A stretch of 64,000 nucleotides of DNA. It comes from Candidatus Woesearchaeota archaeon (GTDB taxonomy: Archaea; Nanobdellota; Nanobdellia; Woesearchaeales; UBA9642). A program made the position numbers and the translations under genes. Where the stretch lies: assembly GCA_003599145.1 (NCBI GenBank), contig QZIT01000005.1, forward strand, positions 512,330 to 576,329, written 5' to 3'. The stretch's first letter is position 1. Each line of letters begins with the position of its first letter. Positions 58,155-64,000 of this stretch are shown here, piece after piece. The notes below the pieces were generated by a model. The model made no database searches, was not told the origin of the DNA, and saw only the letters and a program-made list of their open reading frames with translations.

Positions 58155-60682
58155 CTTGGAGCACCTATCTGTACAGATTTTGTTTTCGAAAGTTCATAAT
58201 CATAAGACGCTATAACGATAAACGTATTTACAGATATTCCTCCATCCCCAAGTAAATCATCTGCATAGGCTGTTTTATTTTCAGGATTAAGAACATACTC
58301 AGAAACAGCACAGGAGTAATATTCGTTAAGGAAGGCATTTTTATCAAAAACTTCAACGCCTGAAGGATTATAACTAAAGCGATAGATGCTGTGAATAGGT
58401 TTAGAGCCTCCTGGCAAATAGTGCGAGGGTATTGGCCCTTTTTTCAACCCCTGACCGGTAACAGACTCCATAATCATGCCATTGCCTGTGTAAAGGGCAA
58501 CATGACCAACACCATCTCCTTGAGGATTGGTAAAAACAATATCGCCTGGTTTTGCATTTGCATTTATTTCTGTTAAAGAACAATCTGGACTGGAAGGAGT
58601 TATCTGTTTATCTCCGCATATAAGTTTTGCATTCATGCTTCTCGCCAATCTTAAATAACCTGAAGCAGACAGCCGTTCTGAGAATCCAGGAACGCCTGCA
58701 TGACTCATAACCCAATAGGTCCATCCAGAGCAATCAAAACCTTCTTCCGGGCTTTCCCCTCCATATTGATAACAAGTATCTTCTCCTGTAGGACCGTATT
58801 TTTCATAATAGTAATTTGCAATGCCCATAACACATTGCGAGGTTTTGCAAGGAACTATGGGTTCTTCCGGCGTAATGCAAAATGTTGGTGTCTTTTGAAT
58901 AATAAACGTATCTGATGTATTTTCCATTTTTAATCTGCATCTGACGGTTAAATACTCTGAGTTCACATTTGCAGGTATATCAACAAACGTGTAATTGGTG
59001 TACTTTCCATCTTCTGCAACGTGAACATTCTGAAGGTTTTTAGGATCTTTGGTATTGCAGGTTGTTAAATCAAGCTGCAAAGGTTTGGGAATTCTAAACG
59101 TCAACTGGTTAATTTTAACAACTTTTCCCAAAGGATCACTGTTTTGAATGGTTATGCCAAAAACGGGCAGGATAGGATTTTCTTTGCTCACTGCCATTGG
59201 CTGTTCAGGAGGATTTCTGATATCAACTAATCCTAATTTTACAGGTCCATTGGTATAGACTGCTTCGGGATATCTTGCTATTTGATATAAGCTTACAGGG
59301 TCTTTATTTTCAGAGCGCAAATTTCTCAATAAATCTCTATCCATAAACGTGTAGGTAACATAGCCCCATGTCTGAAAGTTAAAGGTTGACTTGAATGTAA
59401 ACTGATGGCTTTGTTTAGTAAAATCAATAGTTGTTGGACCTAAAGCAGGTCCGATGTTGCATTGCAAATAATAAGTTTCTAACTCAGAAATGCCGAATCC
59501 TGCAGGGTCAACTAACCCTTCATAATCATCCAGAAAACACTTATTCGTTACTTTTGCTTCATCAACAAATGTTCTTCCTGTTACTGTAATATACCCCCCT
59601 ATAGGGTCTCCGTATTCAAAATAAGTATAATAAGGCTCTATCTCTCCAAACGTAACTCCTAACTGTACACCTTTATTTTTCTCAACTTCTGCTGCGTAAT
59701 AGGGATCTGCTGCAACTCTTATTTGATAGGTTACGTTTCCTGGTATTCCTAAAGCCACATTCATCATTCTTTTTGCAGCTTCCTTGATGACACTCCACAC
59801 TTTCTGCAAAGGAGACATGACATTTCCATCAGGTCCTGCTGCTGTTATCTGCCCAAAGTCAATAAAGCCAACAACTAAAAAGGAAACAAGAATAACGACC
59901 CAAATTGCTTTGATCGTTCCAAAGAAATAATCGAAGTGTTTTGCAGTATAAACAGGCCATGCAGGAACCAATACTAAAAACAGATTGAACAAATCTCCGT
60001 AGCTTAATCCTCCAAATGCATCTCCTGTAGGAATAACGGTTCTCAGTAAAGGAATGAAAATGCTTGCTGCAGAAATTGCAAAATATCCGAAAATGTGCCA
60101 TGCTCCGCCAAAATTTCCAGGCTGCCTAAAAACAAAAAACCAAGCAAGGATTGCAAAAATCAGATAAACAATATATGCATGATCATACAAGGCACCTGTT
60201 CTTTGAAATCCATAGCCAAAAGCATCAATCAAATGCCAAATTAACGTTAACCAAAAAAACCATTTGTACGCATTGTTTGTCCCTTGATTTTTTAACCAGC
60301 TTGCTGTTCCTCCAATACCTTGAGCTGTTTTTTGCACTGCACCTTTGCCCATTTGATAACCAACAGCTCCAACTGTTGCTCCTACTGCTGCAGTTGCCAA
60401 GGTTCCTCTACCCATAGCTTTTGTTCCTTTCCAAAGTCCTTTTCCTGTTGCCTTCATTCCTTTTTTAGTGTAATTACCATATCTTGCAAATCGTTCACGC
60501 ATACTTTCCTTTAACTGTTCTTCCACTTGCTCTTCTGACGGTTGCTGAGTTTGTTGAATAGGCTGTTCTATCCTGCTTTGCTTAGCAGGTTCTTCGTCCA
60601 TCTGAGAACTCGCCCTTCTATCTTTAATTTTAATCCGCGAGGCGTCTCTTTCCTGCTCATTGTAAGGGCTAACGTTAACCAT
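58151..60682 (-). CDS. large polytopic membrane protein with extracellular NlpC/P60-family cysteine peptidase domain
   Basis: 843 aa; cytoplasmic Gln/Gly-rich N-terminus, ~6 TM helices, extracellular region, FDCSGWTYWV (catalytic Cys) ... GHVALYTGNG (His) approx. 58376..58780; 4-nt overlap with downstream lipoprotein gene. Confidence 0.6.
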   Translation of the reverse strand: MVNVSPYNEQERDASRIKIKDRRASSQMDEEPAKQSRIEQPIQQTQQPSEEQVEEQLKESMRERFARYGNYTKKGMKATGKGLWKGTKAMGRGTLATAAVGATVGAVGYQMGKGAVQKTAQGIGGTASWLKNQGTNNAYKWFFWLTLIWHLIDAFGYGFQRTGALYDHAYIVYLIFAILAWFFVFRQPGNFGGAWHIFGYFAISAASIFIPLLRTVIPTGDAFGGLSYGDLFNLFLVLVPAWPVYTAKHFDYFFGTIKAIWVVILVSFLVVGFIDFGQITAAGPDGNVMSPLQKVWSVIKEAAKRMMNVALGIPGNVTYQIRVAADPYYAAEVEKNKGVQLGVTFGEIEPYYTYFEYGDPIGGYITVTGRTFVDEAKVTNKCFLDDYEGLVDPAGFGISELETYYLQCNIGPALGPTTIDFTKQSHQFTFKSTFNFQTWGYVTYTFMDRDLLRNLRSENKDPVSLYQIARYPEAVYTNGPVKLGLVDIRNPPEQPMAVSKENPILPVFGITIQNSDPLGKVVKINQLTFRIPKPLQLDLTTCNTKDPKNLQNVHVAEDGKYTNYTFVDIPANVNSEYLTVRCRLKMENTSDTFIIQKTPTFCITPEEPIVPCKTSQCVMGIANYYYEKYGPTGEDTCYQYGGESPEEGFDCSGWTYWVMSHAGVPGFSERLSASGYLRLARSMNAKLICGDKQITPSSPDCSLTEINANAKPGDIVFTNPQGDGVGHVALYTGNGMIMESVTGQGLKKGPIPSHYLPGGSKPIHSIYRFSYNPSGVEVFDKNAFLNEYYSCAVSEYVLNPENKTAYADDLLGDGGISVNTFIVIASYDYELSKTKSVQIGAPR

Positions 60683-60722
60683 TGCTTACTTTGAAGCTTG
60701 GTGGTATATAAATATTTAGAAA

Positions 60723-61919
60723 TTAGTCGTTCTCTTCAATGAAAACTTTTAAATCAACAATATCCAGCGTTGTTCTTGGCTCTAACTCGATGGCGTTGGT
60801 GCCGTGCCTTAGATAATTGTCAACGTTCTTCTCGTACTGTATTTTATCGGTGTCAAAGGTGAAGGAAATGCCGTTAAAGGTTATAGTTCCCTGCTTGTTA
60901 TCCCTGTCATTGACAAACCGCAGGCGTATGGTTGCATTATACTTGCTTTCCAAAACATCATCATCAGGGTCATCTTCATCAATAGTCTGAAAAAACTCAT
61001 CATCGACTTCAAAATAGTAAATAGGATATAACTGCTCCTTCATGCTCGTCCTCACTCTCAAATTATCAACCAAGTAAGAACCCCTGTCTGTCTTGAATTG
61101 CAAAATGTTGTCTCCTTGATAAATATCGTCAGGATTAAGCAAAACATCATTTTTTACGCCGCAATCTGCGATGGCCGAGTACACAATCTTATGGTTGAGC
61201 CATATCAGCAAGGTTCCTACTGCTTTGCTATCGCAGCGAGGGAAAAAAGTGAGGCTTCCTCTTTCGAGGTTTTGTTTTTCCACATCAGAAACAAAAAAGT
61301 GTTGTTCGCTTGCACTGGTCGTTACATCTTTAAAGTTCGCCGTTACCTTAATATTTTCAAAAGAATATTCGTTAATTCTCCAAAATGCCCATCCTGGACT
61401 GGAAACTCTAAACTCTAACGTATTTTTTCCCTTAATAAGGTCTGAAGGCAAAGGTATCGGTTCAGGGCTTCCTTTTTCCACTTCTCCATTAAAAATCTCG
61501 TTTCCATTCAAAAACAAGATAAGTCTTCCATCTGCAGCCTCGAGATTAAAGGACAATAAAAAGTCATTTAAGTTTTCCCCGGAGTCAAAAGACATGGTTG
61601 CGAAGGATTTTTCAAAAACACCATTTCTTGAATAGAGAGACTTCACTTCCTTCAGCACTTCTCCAGACTCTGTTGAGTACATCCTGAAGGATGGCAATTC
61701 ATGGCTTCGTTCGTCAAATTTCAAATAGTCAATTCTTCCAGGATGCTCCAGTAAAAGAGTCTTATTCAAGTTTGCATCACTGTTTCCATCGTCGTCAGTG
61801 CTGTTTTCACCTAACAAATCAGTCCTCACATCAGGAGGGAGGAACAGAATGTAAAGAATAATAGCGAGTGTTATTAAAGCAACCATAATTGCTGCATTCG
61901 AACCAGACTGTGCTTTCAT
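60723..61919 (-). CDS. membrane-anchored (N-terminal signal-anchor) secreted acidic protein, first gene of surface cluster
   Basis: 398 aa; MKAQSGSNAAIMVALITLAIILYILF, Asp-rich extracellular domain. Confidence 0.45.
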   Translation of the reverse strand: MKAQSGSNAAIMVALITLAIILYILFLPPDVRTDLLGENSTDDDGNSDANLNKTLLLEHPGRIDYLKFDERSHELPSFRMYSTESGEVLKEVKSLYSRNGVFEKSFATMSFDSGENLNDFLLSFNLEAADGRLILFLNGNEIFNGEVEKGSPEPIPLPSDLIKGKNTLEFRVSSPGWAFWRINEYSFENIKVTANFKDVTTSASEQHFFVSDVEKQNLERGSLTFFPRCDSKAVGTLLIWLNHKIVYSAIADCGVKNDVLLNPDDIYQGDNILQFKTDRGSYLVDNLRVRTSMKEQLYPIYYFEVDDEFFQTIDEDDPDDDVLESKYNATIRLRFVNDRDNKQGTITFNGISFTFDTDKIQYEKNVDNYLRHGTNAIELEPRTTLDIVDLKVFIEEND

Positions 61920-61967
61920 ATCGTTACATTAATAAGCTTTATATATATAAATTTTGTTGTTACTGTT

Positions 61968-62984
61968 ATGAGGATTCTTTCAAAGGACTTAAAAAAAGGA
62001 TATATCAAGCTTCAGGCTCAAACCAATGAAGATTTATGGTATTTAAGCCAGATCATTGAACAAGGAGACTTAGTTAAAGGAGAGGCTGAAAGAAAAATCA
62101 AGTTAGGGGGAAGCGAGGAAAAAACAACCGTTGTTAAAAAGAAGGTATTTGTGGAGATTCAAGCTGAAAAGATAGAGTACGATGTTGTTTTGAGGGTTTT
62201 AGGCACTATTGTAGAATGTCCTGATGATTTGCCAAAAGGAAGCCATCAAAATATAACCGTAGAACCCCATTCAGTCATTGCCATAACCAAAGAATGGCTG
62301 TCCATTCACTTAGAAAAATTAAAGCAGGCGCAGGAGCAAAAGATAAACATGCTCTTGGTTCTTTTTGACAGAGAGCATGCGTTGTTTGTTGTCTTGGATA
62401 ATACAGGAACAAAGATGCTTGCAGAGGTTTCAGGAAACGTGAACAAAAAAAACTATGAAAATTCTGGAAATGATTTTTTCAAAGAACTCGCAAAAGAAAT
62501 CGAGGCATATCAGAAAAGATTTGCAACGATTATTGCAGCAAGCCCTTCTTTTTGGAATGATTATTTGCTTAAAGAGCTGAAAAACAAGGAGGGCATCATT
62601 TTTGCCAGTTGTTCAGAAGTAAGCGAAAGCGCAGTGCGGGAAGTGCTCAAAAGACCTGAATTGAAAAATGCACTCGAGCAAAGCAGAATTGCAAGCGATG
62701 AAACGCTTATGCAACGGCTTCTTGGAGAGGTTGCAAAAAACAACGCATTTTATGGAGTCAAAGAAGCAGAAGAAAAAATCTCTTCAGGTAACGTTACTGT
62801 GCTGATGGTTAGCGAGCATTTCTTGAAAGAAGCTAGAGAAAAAAAAAACTACAAAGATATTGAACAGCTCATGAAAACTGCAGAAAAAATGCATGCAGAG
62901 CTTCACATTTTAGAAAGCAAACAGCTTGATGGCTTGGGAGGCATTGCAGGAATATTACGATGGAAAGACTACAAGAGCTCATAG
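61968..62984 (+). CDS. pelA: Pelota/Dom34 mRNA-surveillance factor
   Basis: 338 aa; N-terminal DLWYLSQIIEQGDLV, central and eRF1-like C-terminal domains. Confidence 0.8.
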   Translation: MRILSKDLKKGYIKLQAQTNEDLWYLSQIIEQGDLVKGEAERKIKLGGSEEKTTVVKKKVFVEIQAEKIEYDVVLRVLGTIVECPDDLPKGSHQNITVEPHSVIAITKEWLSIHLEKLKQAQEQKINMLLVLFDREHALFVVLDNTGTKMLAEVSGNVNKKNYENSGNDFFKELAKEIEAYQKRFATIIAASPSFWNDYLLKELKNKEGIIFASCSEVSESAVREVLKRPELKNALEQSRIASDETLMQRLLGEVAKNNAFYGVKEAEEKISSGNVTVLMVSEHFLKEAREKKNYKDIEQLMKTAEKMHAELHILESKQLDGLGGIAGILRWKDYKSS

Positions 62985-63805
62985 CGCTCATAAAGCAAAA
63001 AAGAGAATTGAAAAACCTCGATGATGATGTTGTTAGAGAAAAGATCATGCTCATCTTGAAAAAAAACAACAACACGAAAATAGAGTCTCTTGTTAAGAAG
63101 AAAGACATAAAAAAAATAATCAAGGAAACCAGGGCAGAATTAAGAAAAGTGTATGGCGTTTTTTTGCAGGACAAGTATGCGTCAAAAGATAAACTGCTAG
63201 AAGAGCTTGTTGCACTGTTGAAGGCAGAAAAAAGCCAGGAAAGAAAAAAAGAGATAGCCAAAACCTATTGCGATAAAATACTCCTGCTCCATCAATCAAC
63301 CAAAGAAAGGCTTCCTCACTATGAAGAGGTTTATAGCAGCATTTTCAAAATAACCAAAAAACCAAAAAGCATTTTAGATCTTGCCTGCGGTCTCAATCCT
63401 GCAAGCTATTTTTATTTGCACAGCACTCCGCATTATTTTGCGTCAGACCTAAACCAAGATGACAGCGATTTTCTGAATAGATTTTTTCAGGCTCTAAAAG
63501 TAAACGGCCATGCAGAAAAAAAAGATTTGTTGAAAGAGCAAACATATCAAAAAGCAGACGTCTGTTTTTTATTCAAGGCGCTTGATTCTTTAGAAAGAGT
63601 AAAAAGAAATGTCAGCAAAGAACTTTTGCAGAACATCCCCTCCAGCCACATCGTTGTTAGTTTTCCTAAAGCATCATTAAGCAGCAAAAAAACAATACGG
63701 TTGGAAAAAAGAAACTGGTTTTTTAGGTTGTTGAAAGAGCTTGCATGGGAATATCAAACTTTTGAAGTGCAAAATGAGCTTTTCTTCGTAGTGAAAAAGA
63801 AATAA
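62960..63805 (+). CDS. class I SAM-dependent methyltransferase (possibly rRNA methyltransferase)
   Basis: 281 aa; ILDLACGLNP motif I. Confidence 0.5.
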   Translation: MERLQELIALIKQKRELKNLDDDVVREKIMLILKKNNNTKIESLVKKKDIKKIIKETRAELRKVYGVFLQDKYASKDKLLEELVALLKAEKSQERKKEIAKTYCDKILLLHQSTKERLPHYEEVYSSIFKITKKPKSILDLACGLNPASYFYLHSTPHYFASDLNQDDSDFLNRFFQALKVNGHAEKKDLLKEQTYQKADVCFLFKALDSLERVKRNVSKELLQNIPSSHIVVSFPKASLSSKKTIRLEKRNWFFRLLKELAWEYQTFEVQNELFFVVKKK

Positions 63806-63926
63806 CACACCCCAATAGCAAAAACGTGAAACTATTGCAGGTGAGTGAAAAAACGTAACATATTTAAAGTAGTACACAATAAGTGGTTAAAAAGGGGTGA
63901 TTGACCCTAGAGGGGGGTTGAAGACT

Positions 63927-64000
63927 ATGATTGTAAAAGAAGAGTTTTTAAGTAAATTGAGAAGGTATTTTTCTTTGAACCTCTATGAGGTTAAGATTTG
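63927..64000 (+). CDS. 5' fragment of a fourth TrmB-like regulator gene (truncated by window end)
   Basis: MIVKEEFLSKLRRYFSLNLYEVKI matches TrmB N-terminal helix pattern seen in the three complete paralogs. Confidence 0.35.
   Translation, partial: MIVKEEFLSKLRRYFSLNLYEVKI

Noticed and set aside
60723-61919. Class III (type IV pilin-like) signal peptide on the first gene of the surface cluster
   Set aside because: N-terminus MKAQSGSNAAIMVALI lacks the canonical K/R-G/A cleavage context. Treated as an uncleaved signal anchor
1-64000. CRISPR arrays, rRNA genes, IS elements/transposases, integrases
   Set aside because: Looked for short regularly spaced direct repeats and for DDE/tyrosine-recombinase signatures in the ORF translations. 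None found. The only tRNA-like structure is the tRNA-Leu at 24099..24199

Overview
The window is AT-rich, gene-dense DNA that almost certainly comes from a small-genome archaeon, possibly a DPANN-like lineage. The evidence is as follows.

- Archaeal information-processing genes: histone, PCNA, RFC small subunit, FEN-1, Hjc resolvase, the PAN proteasomal ATPase, Pelota, archaeal-type TyrRS, a tRNA-splicing endonuclease, and a tRNA-Leu(CAA) with a canonical 37/38 intron.
- Promoters look like archaeal TATA boxes (TTTATAAA / AACTATATA) placed about 25-50 nt upstream of starts.
- Starts are often preceded by strong GGTGA-type Shine-Dalgarno sites.

Core metabolic and housekeeping genes are present: PurF, RNase J, RNase Z, Trm5, an M24 peptidase, GyrA, and a Ca/cation P-type ATPase. 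Accessory content includes three loci described below.

No rRNA, CRISPR array or transposase was found. All calls rest on reading the translated ORFs for motifs from memory, with no database search.

Three loci stand out.

1. A six-gene copper-handling operon at 5358-10023. It encodes a CopZ-like chaperone, an HMA domain fused to a Met-motif (Ctr-like) membrane permease candidate, a cupredoxin-like secreted protein with a Cys/Gly tail, a lipoprotein, CopA, and a membrane-tethered winged-helix regulator with an extracytoplasmic Cys-Cys-His loop.

2. A five-gene minus-strand cell-surface cluster at 54806-61919. It encodes three paralogous lipoproteins sharing a Cys-rich C-terminal domain, an 843-aa polytopic membrane protein with an extracellular NlpC/P60 peptidase domain, and a membrane-anchored secreted protein. 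An NlpC/P60 murein-hydrolase fold is unexpected in an archaeon and suggests interaction with a bacterial or pseudomurein cell wall. This is the best candidate for an undescribed system.

3. A TrmB-linked TreT trehalose-synthase locus that includes a long-form dCTP-deaminase-like gene.

Smaller items are:
- four TrmB paralogs and two tandem-duplicated Lrp/AsnC regulators
- a conserved promoter/5'UTR module driving paralogous small proteins
- a 16-aa-repeat protein
- a bacterial-looking FabH-like gene
- a Cas4-like standalone nuclease
- a translationally coupled three-gene coiled-coil operon next to the tRNA
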